Shown: in pieces, positions 50,765 through 64,000 of the stretch | Numbering within the stretch: position 1 is the first letter of the stretch | How the letters are laid out: each line of letters starts with the position of its first letter | Origin: a bacterium | GTDB taxonomy: Bacteria > Patescibacteriota > Dojkabacteria > JAKAPS01 > JAJZLI01 | Direction: 5' to 3' | DNA length: 64,000 nt | Assembly: GCA_021791275.1 (NCBI GenBank) | Contig: JAJYWX010000001.1 | Span: 1,113-65,112, forward strand | Translations under genes and position numbers: made by a program | Notes under the pieces: model-generated | The model's input: the letters and a program-made list of their open reading frames with translations, nothing else | Databases searched by the model: none | Told to the model about the DNA's origin: nothing

Positions 50765-53245
50765 TTAATTAATAGATTCAATATATATTTTTTCTTCTTT
50801 GTTAATTCCTATTTTTAAAGTAATACCGTTAAAGGTAGTGTCACTTTGTATCATATTTTCAATAAAATATGCAGATAAACTCGTTTCAGTATATTTATTA
50901 AAAACTCTCTTTAATTGCCTTGCACCAAAATCTTCATTAAACCCCTTAATTGAAATATAATTTAAATATTCATCCGAAAATATAAGATTTAAAGATGATT
51001 TTTTCATTTTATTAGAATAATCCCTTGCTATTTTCTTTACAATTTTAAAAGAATCCATAGATGTTAAAGATTTAAATACAATAATATCATCAATTCTATT
51101 TAAAAATTCAGGTGGCAAATATTCCTTTAGTCTAATTAATGACTCTTCCTCTATTTTTGAATATTCACTCTCTATAGATTTTGAATCAAATTTCCTGTTC
51201 ATCTGTACATCTGTATTAAATCCTAATATTGAATTACTCTCTATAATATCTGAAGCTATATTAGATGTAAGTATAATCACTGTATTTTTGAAATTAACAA
51301 ATCTTCCCCTACTATCAGTCAAATGACCCTCCTCCATTATTTGTAATAATATATTAAGAACCTCAGGGTGAGCCTTTTCTATCTCATCAAACAAAACTAC
51401 TGAGTATGGCTTATTCTTTACCCTTTCAGTTAATTGTCCTCCTTCTTGATAGCCAACATAACCTGGGGGAGATCCAATAAACTTAGAAACACTGTGTGAT
51501 TCCATATACTCACTCATATCAATTTGAATCAACGACTTTTTACTCCCTATATACTTTATTGCAATTTGTTTAGCTAGCTCTGTCTTTCCAACACCAGTAG
51601 GACCAACAAACAAGAACACCCCTAATGGTCTATTTTCATCTCTAAACCCTACTTTCGCACTTTTAAGTATATTTGAAACCCTATCTACAGCATTATCCTG
51701 ACCTATAATCTCCTTCTTCATTACATTATCCAAATTTCTTAATTCTTTAAGATTAAAATTAGATATACTATATGATGGTATCCCAGTCCATTTAGAAATA
51801 ACTGTAACAATATCATTAGGTGAAACCTCCTTCATATTTGAGATTAACTCTTTATTTAGTGATTCAATCTTACTTAACAAATCCAACTCCTTTTCCTTAT
51901 AATAAAGAGACTGTAAATATTTCTTATCTTCTAAGTATTTCTCTTTTTTATCTGATACTTTTTTCAAGTTATTTTTTATACCACTTAATAGAATCTCAAC
52001 ATTATTCTTTTCTAAAGATTTCGATGTTGAAGATTCTTCTAATAAATCTATCGCTTTATCTGGGAGAAATCTATCTACAATAAATCTATCAGAAAGATTT
52101 ACTGAGGCCACTATAGAATCATCTGTTATTTTCACATTATGATAAGACTCAATATCACCTTTTATCTCTTTAATTGCCTTTATGCTATCATCAATACTTA
52201 ATTCTTCTATTTTGACTGGAAGGAATCTTCTTGTTAAAGCAGCATCCCCCTCAAAGAATCTTTGATATTCATAAAATGTTGTAGCACCTATACATCTTAA
52301 ATAATCACTAGTTAAGTGAGGTTTCAGCATATTTGCTATATCATTGTTTCCTCCGTTACTACCTAGATTAAAAATCATGTGTATTTCATCTATAAATAAT
52401 ATAATGTTTTTTCTTGCCTTTATATCCTCCATCATATTATTTATTTTCATTTCTAATTCTCCCCTCATCTCAGTTGACATCATTAACTTTGATAAATCTA
52501 GACTCCAAATCTCAAAATTTTGTAAATTTTCTGGAACTTCTTTTTTATGTATCATGTAGGCTAAATTTTCCACAATAGAAGTTTTTCCTACACCAGCTTC
52601 ACCAATAAGAATTGGATTATTCTTATTTCTTCTTGATAATATATGAATTATTCTATCTATTTCTTTTTTCCTACCTATAACTTTAGTAATACCCGACTCC
52701 TGAGATTTCTGATTTAGATTAACCCCTATAAATGACAAGTAAGATTTATTTATTATATCTAGATTCTTATTAGTTGTATTTGCATTGCTATATGAAAAAA
52801 CCCCTGGAGGGTAGTTTCCAAAAGAAGATACTAAACTCTCAAAATAATCATAATCTATACCGAAATTCTTCAATTCTTTAACAAATGGATTTCTAACTAG
52901 TTGGAGTATAGATAACATCAAATGCTCTGTTCCAACATATACATGTCCCATTTTCCTTGAGATATAGAATGCACCAATTAAGGCCTTATTAAAATCTTCT
53001 GATACTATAATCTCTCTGCCTTGTGATTTTTCTTCTACTATTATATTGCTAAAGGATACAGAAGAATTAAAATTAACACTTTCTAATGCTCTATTAACAA
53101 AACTATCTTTCTGATTAATTATACCTAAAAAAAGATGTTTTACCTCTAAATATTTAGAATTATTTTTTTTAGCATAATCATATGCAAAATTTATTGCATT
53201 AATAGCATTTTTTGATAATTTTTTAAGACTAGAATCCATTTCCAT
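50765..53245 (-). CDS. clpC: ClpC-type AAA+ unfoldase
   Basis: Clp N repeats, GEAGVGKT, GPTGVGKT, PPGYVGY, LGF ClpP-docking loop. Confidence 0.92.
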   Translation of the reverse strand: MEMDSSLKKLSKNAINAINFAYDYAKKNNSKYLEVKHLFLGIINQKDSFVNRALESVNFNSSVSFSNIIVEEKSQGREIIVSEDFNKALIGAFYISRKMGHVYVGTEHLMLSILQLVRNPFVKELKNFGIDYDYFESLVSSFGNYPPGVFSYSNANTTNKNLDIINKSYLSFIGVNLNQKSQESGITKVIGRKKEIDRIIHILSRRNKNNPILIGEAGVGKTSIVENLAYMIHKKEVPENLQNFEIWSLDLSKLMMSTEMRGELEMKINNMMEDIKARKNIILFIDEIHMIFNLGSNGGNNDIANMLKPHLTSDYLRCIGATTFYEYQRFFEGDAALTRRFLPVKIEELSIDDSIKAIKEIKGDIESYHNVKITDDSIVASVNLSDRFIVDRFLPDKAIDLLEESSTSKSLEKNNVEILLSGIKNNLKKVSDKKEKYLEDKKYLQSLYYKEKELDLLSKIESLNKELISNMKEVSPNDIVTVISKWTGIPSYSISNFNLKELRNLDNVMKKEIIGQDNAVDRVSNILKSAKVGFRDENRPLGVFLFVGPTGVGKTELAKQIAIKYIGSKKSLIQIDMSEYMESHSVSKFIGSPPGYVGYQEGGQLTERVKNKPYSVVLFDEIEKAHPEVLNILLQIMEEGHLTDSRGRFVNFKNTVIILTSNIASDIIESNSILGFNTDVQMNRKFDSKSIESEYSKIEEESLIRLKEYLPPEFLNRIDDIIVFKSLTSMDSFKIVKKIARDYSNKMKKSSLNLIFSDEYLNYISIKGFNEDFGARQLKRVFNKYTETSLSAYFIENMIQSDTTFNGITLKIGINKEEKIYIESIN

Positions 53246-53284
53246 GATATTCTTATTATAACATATGTTAAAAATGGGATTTTA

Positions 53285-54412
53285 TTATTTTGTTTTTTTT
53301 GATTTCTTAAGACTTAGCCCTAAATGTCTTTCAACTGGAGATATTGAGAGTACCTTTAAATCTAATTCTTGTCCTACACTTAAGAATTTTGAGATATCTT
53401 CAATTGGATCATCTGATAACTCAGATACATGTATTAAACCATTAACTCCTTCTGCAATTCTCACAAATACCCCATAATCAACTATTTTTTGAACAACACC
53501 CTTAACTTGTTGTCCTACTTTGTACTTTGATATTATAGAATCCCAAGTATCTTGTTGTAATCTTTTAATCGAATATGCAACTCTTTTTCCATCATCACCC
53601 ATACTAATAAGTTGAACCTTAACTTCATCTCCTATCTTATAAAAATCGTTAGGATCTGTAACTTTATCCCATGATATTTCTGAAAGGTGAACTAGACCTT
53701 CTAAACCTTGAGCTGTAACAAAGATTCCATATGGAGTAACACTTGTAACAACACCATCTAATACATCTCCCACTTTAATATTTTTTAAAGTTTCATCCCT
53801 TAACTGAACATCTTCGTTACTAGATACTAATTTTTCTGATAATATTATTCTATCTTTATTTTTATCAAGCTCTATAACTTTCACAAATAAGGATTCTCCT
53901 ATTAAAGAATTTAGGCTTTCAGATATATCATTTTCACTAGAATTCTCTTTATATATTCTAGCAAAATCCAATTGGGATATTGGGACAAAACCAGATAATG
54001 AACCCTCAATATCAACCAATAAACCACCACTATTATAGTCTACAACAACTACCTCTATAATTTCATTGTTTTTCCATGCATCTTCTAATTTTCTCCATTT
54101 TCTTAAATCTTCTGTTCTTCTTAAAGATAGTTCTATTTGACCTTTATCGTTTTCAGGATTAACAACATATAACGTCAGCACATCTCCATTCTTCATATCT
54201 TTCAATGAAAATCCTGGACTTCTTAATTCAGATCCAGAAATTATACCTTCTGATTTATTTTTTAAATCCACTAAAACAACTCCCTTCATTATCTTTACAA
54301 TTTTCCCCTCAATAATATCTGCCTTTTTCAACACCTTATTATCTATGGGGTATTTTTTTAATAATTCAGAAAATTTAATATTTTTTTGACTTTTTGTTTC
54401 TTTCATAAGCAT
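53285..54412 (-). CDS. rpsA: 30S ribosomal protein S1 (four S1 domains)
   Basis: KSEGII, GFVPISQL, YGIFV..GLVHLSEISW, YGVFV..GLIHVSEL. Confidence 0.92.
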   Translation of the reverse strand: MLMKETKSQKNIKFSELLKKYPIDNKVLKKADIIEGKIVKIMKGVVLVDLKNKSEGIISGSELRSPGFSLKDMKNGDVLTLYVVNPENDKGQIELSLRRTEDLRKWRKLEDAWKNNEIIEVVVVDYNSGGLLVDIEGSLSGFVPISQLDFARIYKENSSENDISESLNSLIGESLFVKVIELDKNKDRIILSEKLVSSNEDVQLRDETLKNIKVGDVLDGVVTSVTPYGIFVTAQGLEGLVHLSEISWDKVTDPNDFYKIGDEVKVQLISMGDDGKRVAYSIKRLQQDTWDSIISKYKVGQQVKGVVQKIVDYGVFVRIAEGVNGLIHVSELSDDPIEDISKFLSVGQELDLKVLSISPVERHLGLSLKKSKKTK

Positions 54413-54418
54413 AAAAAA

Positions 54419-54526
54419 TTCTTGGCAATGACCTATCTTCCCTTACAGTATTTTCGGAGCTTAAATGTTTTACGACTCTGTTCGGAATGGAAAGAGGTAG
54501 TTCCACTTAGCTACAATCACCAAGAA
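54419..54526 (-). rRNA. rrf: 5S rRNA (short helix IV)
   Basis: TTCTTGGTGA/TTGCCAAGAA closing stem; CCATTCCGAAC loop C. Confidence 0.92.
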
Positions 54527-54613
54527 TTTGGAATATATTGTATCAAAAATTTTGAACAAAAGGAATACTCCCTTAAAAGTAAATAGATACATGGTATTTA
54601 AGATTAATTACCC

Positions 54614-57715
<3,102 letters not shown>

Positions 57716-57755
57716 GAGTAATTTAATTATAAATACCCACTATATCTATTCACTT

Positions 57756-57766
57756 TTAAAAGAGCA
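57756..57766 (-). promoter_or_regulatory. Spacer boxA antitermination element
   Basis: TGCTCTTTTAA between tRNA-Ala and 23S. Confidence 0.7.
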
Positions 57767-57771
57767 TCGTG

Positions 57772-57844
57772 TGGAGACGAGGAGATTCGAACTCCTGACC
57801 TCTTCAGTGCAAATGAAGCGCTATACCAACTAAGCTACGTCCCC
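57772..57844 (-). tRNA. tRNA-Ala(TGC)
   Basis: GGGGACG/CGTCTCC acceptor with G3.U70; CTTCA-TTTGCAC-TGAAG. Confidence 0.96.
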
Positions 57845-57856
57845 ACGTAATAAGAC

Positions 57857-57930
57857 TGGGCGACCATGGAATCGAACCATGGACCTCAGTCTTATCAGGA
57901 CTGCGCTCTAACCGACTGAGCTAGTCGCCC
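57857..57930 (-). tRNA. tRNA-Ile(GAT)
   Basis: CAGTC-CTGATAA-GACTG. Confidence 0.96.
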
Positions 57931-58012
57931 AAATTAACTATATAAAGAACGCTTTTTCACAAATTAAAAGTAGCAGGTATAAAATTCTAATAGGTTTAAA
58001 TTTATCTCCTTA

Positions 58013-59516
<1,504 letters not shown>

Positions 59517-59577
59517 AAATGTTATTTGTAGGATTAACATTAAAAATCCAGAATTTTAGAGACCTACTACTTTTAAA

Positions 59578-59632
59578 TTGTGAAAGAGCAAAGAAACTTA
59601 TTTCTTATATCATGATAAAAAGAAAAAGTCAA
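59578..59632 (-). promoter_or_regulatory. rrn promoter and leader boxA
   Basis: TTGACT-N17(ending TGA)-TATAAG, then TGCTCTTTCACAA. Confidence 0.7.
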
Positions 59633-59648
59633 ACAGAAAAACTCTTTA

Positions 59649-60092
59649 CTACTTGCTTTTTCTCCTATTCTTCTTCTTTTTTTTAGGAATATATTTTTGT
59701 ATTGTTAATTCTCTATAAAATTTAATTGTATCCTTTTTTAGAAAGAAAATAAAGTACACTAAATAATACACAAGGAGAGCAACAAATAGAATAATATAAA
59801 GCTCAAGAATTAATCTCATTGAAACAAAAGGCACTGCATATATCCTTGCATATAAAAGACCCATTAAAAATATACTCATATAGAAAGCACTCCATGACAA
59901 TTTTTTGAATATATTATAAATTGGTGTTCCCTTTTCTTTTTTTAATAAATATATAAATAAAAATATAACCCAAATTATGAAAAGATCAAACATTAATATC
60001 AAAAAATAGTTAATGAAAGTAAAGTGACTACTAGGGGTCTGAGTTATGTACCCTAAATTTATTAGATTTTTAAAATTTATCCCTAAGATCAT
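59649..60092 (-). CDS. Hypothetical membrane protein with basic C-terminal tail
   Basis: Three hydrophobic segments, KYIPKKKKKNRRKSK tail; ATGA-coupled to mnmA. Confidence 0.75.
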   Translation of the reverse strand: MILGINFKNLINLGYITQTPSSHFTFINYFLILMFDLFIIWVIFLFIYLLKKEKGTPIYNIFKKLSWSAFYMSIFLMGLLYARIYAVPFVSMRLILELYIILFVALLVYYLVYFIFFLKKDTIKFYRELTIQKYIPKKKKKNRRKSK

Positions 60093-61192
60093 ATACTTAT
60101 AACCCCTCCTCCGATAACAATATTATCATTATATAATACTCCATATTGACCTGGAGCCACAGCTATCTCACCATCTCTAAGCTTTATTTCAATTTCATCA
60201 CCAGAGAGATTATATTCACTTATATCTAATACTTTACCTCGATATCTAACTTGAATCTTCATATTTTTAGAAATACTGCCCTTACTTAATAAGTTAATCT
60301 TTTTTAAATTTATATCATATATTTTACAATCTTCTATATCTCCAACAATTAATGTATTATCTCTAAAATTTTTCTTTACGACATATAATGGTCTATTTAT
60401 TTTTGTTTCAATTCCTTTTCTTTGTCCAATTGTATAAAAAGAAAGACCTATATGCCTACCAATAACTTCTCCATTAGTTCCAACTATATCACCCGGATCA
60501 GATATATCTTGTACATTCCTAGATAAAAATCCTTTATAATCATTTCCTGGAATAAAACAAATTTCTTGAGAATCTTTTTTAGCTGTAATTCTTATTCCTG
60601 CCTCTTCAGCAATCTTTCTAACAATATCCTTGCTCTCAAACTCTCCAATAGGGAAAAGTGTTTTCGATAATACATCTTTATCTATATTATGTAGAAAATA
60701 TGATTGATCCTTATTTAAATCTTTAGATCGAGATAAATAATAATCTCCTCTTTTATTTATTATCCTTGCATAATGACCTGTTGCTACATAATCAGCATCA
60801 AAATCTTTTAATTTTGTGTATAACAACCCAAACTTAATTTTCTTATTACACATAACACAGGGATTTGGAGTCAAACCTTGCCTAAATGAGGATATAAAAT
60901 AACTCACTATGTCATCTTTAAAATCTTCTCTAAAATTTAAAACATAAAAAGGTATACCTAAACGATTACAAAGATTTCTAGCATCCTCAACACCCTCAAT
61001 AGAACAACATTTATTATCTTTAGCTGATAAATGTGAATATTCCTTTCCCTCAGATTCAGTCCAAAACTTCATATGAACTCCAAATACCTCATATCCCTGC
61101 ATCTTCAGGGTATATGCAGCTACAGCACTATCTACTCCGCCAGACAACGCAACTAAAACTCTTTTATTCTTTTTACTAGTAAAGGAAACCAT
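60089..61192 (-). CDS. mnmA: tRNA 2-thiouridylase MnmA
   Basis: SGGVDS, TPNPCVMCN, ATGHY, KDQSYFL, DSQEICF, TIGQRKG. Confidence 0.97.
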   Translation of the reverse strand: MVSFTSKKNKRVLVALSGGVDSAVAAYTLKMQGYEVFGVHMKFWTESEGKEYSHLSAKDNKCCSIEGVEDARNLCNRLGIPFYVLNFREDFKDDIVSYFISSFRQGLTPNPCVMCNKKIKFGLLYTKLKDFDADYVATGHYARIINKRGDYYLSRSKDLNKDQSYFLHNIDKDVLSKTLFPIGEFESKDIVRKIAEEAGIRITAKKDSQEICFIPGNDYKGFLSRNVQDISDPGDIVGTNGEVIGRHIGLSFYTIGQRKGIETKINRPLYVVKKNFRDNTLIVGDIEDCKIYDINLKKINLLSKGSISKNMKIQVRYRGKVLDISEYNLSGDEIEIKLRDGEIAVAPGQYGVLYNDNIVIGGGVISI

Positions 61193-61205
61193 GACAAGAA
61201 TTATA

Positions 61206-62930
61206 TCATATTTTTTTATTAATCTCGTACATTTTTTTCACTTCATCTATTTTAGTAGAATCATATACGCCTTTATCGTTTCGAAAAGAAATAAACCTAG
61301 GGAATCTTAAAGCAAAATTGGAAGTATGTACAGGGCTTTTGCTAATTTCATCAAATTTTACTGTGACGACAAGATATGGTTCTACCCAATAATCAGGAAT
61401 AATATTTTTATTATATAAGTAAGATTTATCAGGATTATTCATTAAGTGTAAATCTAAATCTTTTTTTAATTCGACTAAAACTTTTTGAGAAAAACCACTT
61501 CCTAGCTTACATATAGTCTTAAATTTCATACTTTTATCATCATATATACCTAAAAGAACCCCCCCAATACCAAATTTAGATCTTATTCCTTCCCCACTAT
61601 AATATCCCATTATTACAGCATCAATAGTATCAACAACTCCAACTAAAGAATCTTTTTTTAACTTCAACCAATCTGAATTTCTTGTTCCTGGAGAATATAC
61701 ACTTTTAGGATTTTTGATTACTATACCCTCTAATCCTTCATTTATACATTTTTCAAAATAATTATATATCTTATCCTTATTATTCATCTTTATAGTATCT
61801 GTAATTTCTATTCCAGATAAATCTATAGAATTATTATCAAAAAAATTTCTTAAAACTAATAATCTATTAGACAAAGACTCATTAAGAAAAGATTTCTTAT
61901 TTAAATAAATTAAATCAAAAATAAATGCTTTTATTTTAGTATTATCAGTTGCGATAATATTATTTTTCCTTTTCATTTTAACTGTATCTTGGAAAGCCAA
62001 AAATTTATTTGTACTTAAATCCAAACCTAATATTTCAGAATCAAATATAGCTCCGTTAATATTCATATTTTTAAATTTAGAGACAAAATCAGGAAACATC
62101 TCCGTAATATCATTTAAATTTCTAGAAAACAATTTCACATTTGAATTTTCATCTATATGTATTTGACATCTAATGCCGTCAAATTTAGGCTGCACATAAA
62201 CCTCCCCAAACCGCTTAATAGGTTCTTCAAAATTCTCGGCCCTATCAACTAATTTCGGGAAAATAGGTATTCCAACTTTAACAGATAAATCCCTTATAGA
62301 ATGAATATCAGAAATGGCCATTTTTGCTACAACCCCAAGATCAGAACATTTATAATAGGCTTCTTCTATGTATTTTAAGGAGCTTTTATCATTCGACGGG
62401 GAGATTGACAAAGCACTCAATATTGTCTTATATCCAAAGCCAAGTCTGAAATTTGAAAGTATAATTCGTATAAAGTATTTTCCTTCTTGTCCAGAAAGCG
62501 AAGAAAGCGTTTGATTAAGAAGATTCTCCTTTATCTCCATAGACTTATCTCCACTAGTATTAGCTATATTTTTCAAAATCAAAAATATATCAGAAAAACT
62601 CTTTTCACTAGGAGATAAATTTTGGTTTCTAAAATATACTTCCCCTAGATCTCCATATTTATGTATTTCATTTTGTATAAATTCTGAATCTTTCTTAAAA
62701 ATATTCGAAAGTACCTTAATTAAAATTTTCTTACCAATATTAAAATCTGACTTTATATAAAAAGGTTCTACTCTACCATTTAATATATACATAAGTTTTG
62801 GTATATCTTCTACTGGAGTTATATTTATAAGCTCAGAAAGTATTTTAATGATTTTTAGTCTAGAACTTTCTGATTCCAATATATCAAGATAATTACATAT
62901 TTCAAAAAATTTTATATTTTTCTCTCTCAT
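61206..62930 (-). CDS. ATP-dependent DNA ligase with N-terminal DNA-binding domain
   Basis: Motif I KFDG, EGIVIK, WLKLK, LRFPRF; GDLGEV N-domain. Confidence 0.93.
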   Translation of the reverse strand: MREKNIKFFEICNYLDILESESSRLKIIKILSELINITPVEDIPKLMYILNGRVEPFYIKSDFNIGKKILIKVLSNIFKKDSEFIQNEIHKYGDLGEVYFRNQNLSPSEKSFSDIFLILKNIANTSGDKSMEIKENLLNQTLSSLSGQEGKYFIRIILSNFRLGFGYKTILSALSISPSNDKSSLKYIEEAYYKCSDLGVVAKMAISDIHSIRDLSVKVGIPIFPKLVDRAENFEEPIKRFGEVYVQPKFDGIRCQIHIDENSNVKLFSRNLNDITEMFPDFVSKFKNMNINGAIFDSEILGLDLSTNKFLAFQDTVKMKRKNNIIATDNTKIKAFIFDLIYLNKKSFLNESLSNRLLVLRNFFDNNSIDLSGIEITDTIKMNNKDKIYNYFEKCINEGLEGIVIKNPKSVYSPGTRNSDWLKLKKDSLVGVVDTIDAVIMGYYSGEGIRSKFGIGGVLLGIYDDKSMKFKTICKLGSGFSQKVLVELKKDLDLHLMNNPDKSYLYNKNIIPDYWVEPYLVVTVKFDEISKSPVHTSNFALRFPRFISFRNDKGVYDSTKIDEVKKMYEINKKI

Positions 62931-62931
62931 A

Positions 62932-64000
62932 TTATAACCCCCCCCTCTTAAGATCTCTTAGATTGGTACCATACTTAGAATCAACCTTGAGTGGAACTGA
63001 TATTTCAGGAAAATCACTCATCACCAATGATACATCTTTTATAAATTTTTCTAAATTAGATTTCTTTGATAAGCTAAATACAAGCTCATCATGTATTTGT
63101 AGGCGTATAGTGGAATTAAATTTTTCAAGTAAATTATCATTTATTTTTATCATAGCAATCTTTATTATATCTGCACTAGTTCCCTGGATTGGCATATTAA
63201 TAGCTTCTCTGATCATTTGGCTTTTTGCTATATAGCTTCCAGAATTAATATTGAAATACCTCTTTCTTCCATATAAAGTCTCAACAAATCCATTTTTAGC
63301 AACAAAATCTTCAATATATTTATAATAATCCCTTATACCAGGGAATGTATCAAAATAACTTTTTATAAAACTATCCGCATCAGAACGGGATATACCTAAT
63401 TGTCTAGAAAGACCAAAAGATGATAAACCATATATTATACCGAAATTAATTGTTTTAGCCCTATTTCTCTCAGAATCAGAAATCATATCCTCACCCTTAT
63501 TAAAGATTTTAGATGCAGTATATTTATGAATATCCAAATTATCCCTAAATGCATCAATCATATTCTTATCTTTAGAAAAATGAGCCATGAGCCTTAATTC
63601 AATCTGAGAATAATCTAATGACACCAACACATTATCCTTTTCTGCTACAAAAGCTCTTCTTATATCCCTTCCCAGATTAGTTTTATTTGGTATATTTTGC
63701 AAATTTGGATTTTTAGATGAAAGTCTACCAGTAGATACTCCAGTTAAATTATAAGTTGTATGCAATTTATTATTGGAATCAACAAGTTTAATCAAATTTA
63801 ATGTATATGTAGTCTCTATTTTCTTTAATTCTTTATATTTTCTAATAAAATCTATAATTTCATAGTCATTTGATAATATACTTAGAGTTAATTCATCTGT
63901 TGCAAAGATCCCACTTTTTAATTTTTTAAAAAATGGCAATTTTAATTTTTGATACAAAATATTACTCAACTGCTTAGAAGAAGAAATATTGAATTCTTCC
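62932..64000 (-). CDS. polA: DNA polymerase I, polymerase domain (5' part outside the window)
   Basis: TGRLSS, DYSQIELR, AKTINFGIIYG, QGTSAD, QIHDEL. Confidence 0.97.
   Translation of the reverse strand, partial: EEFNISSSKQLSNILYQKLKLPFFKKLKSGIFATDELTLSILSNDYEIIDFIRKYKELKKIETTYTLNLIKLVDSNNKLHTTYNLTGVSTGRLSSKNPNLQNIPNKTNLGRDIRRAFVAEKDNVLVSLDYSQIELRLMAHFSKDKNMIDAFRDNLDIHKYTASKIFNKGEDMISDSERNRAKTINFGIIYGLSSFGLSRQLGISRSDADSFIKSYFDTFPGIRDYYKYIEDFVAKNGFVETLYGRKRYFNINSGSYIAKSQMIREAINMPIQGTSADIIKIAMIKINDNLLEKFNSTIRLQIHDELVFSLSKKSNLEKFIKDVSLVMSDFPEISVPLKVDSKYGTNLRDLKRGGL

Noticed and set aside
60100-60115. Strong SD (GGAGGAGGGG) before the 60092 gene
   Set aside because: It is explained by the conserved GGG tripeptide at the MnmA C-terminus.

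Overview
Very AT-rich (roughly 25-30% GC by eye) core-genome segment of a bacterium using genetic code 11 (TGA stops, tRNA-Trp CCA). Gene content and sequence style suggest a Patescibacteria/CPR organism, probably on the Microgenomates/Dojkabacteria/WWE3 side. The clues are two MreBs, PilN/PilO-like genes, a truncated Mfd, an ATP-dependent ligase after polA, and no pyrH/uppS/cdsA in the tsf-frr-rseP block. This placement is an inference. The window holds rpoBC-rpsL-rpsG-fusA-efp, tmRNA, a long housekeeping run (topA to ychF), mreBCD-pbp2, a tRNA-rpmG-secE-nusG-rplKA-rho block, rplJL, clpC, rpsA, one complete intron-free rrn operon (16S-Ile-Ala-23S-5S), mnmA, a DNA ligase and the 3' part of polA. 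No CRISPR array, prophage or intact mobile element was seen. The most interesting signals are non-coding. (1) An unannotated ~145-nt three-hairpin transcription unit with its own promoter, a boxA-like start, a terminator and two upstream DnaA boxes. (2) A ~131-nt 6S-RNA-like rod. (3) A perfect 9-nt Shine-Dalgarno on rpsU in a largely SD-less window, reminiscent of bS21 autoregulation in Flavobacteriales. (4) A 5S rRNA with its own promoter lying only 6 nt before rpsA. (5) A long tmRNA tag with two resume-like sites. (6) Substitutions at rifampicin, macrolide and streptomycin target sites and in the RNA polymerase trigger loop.
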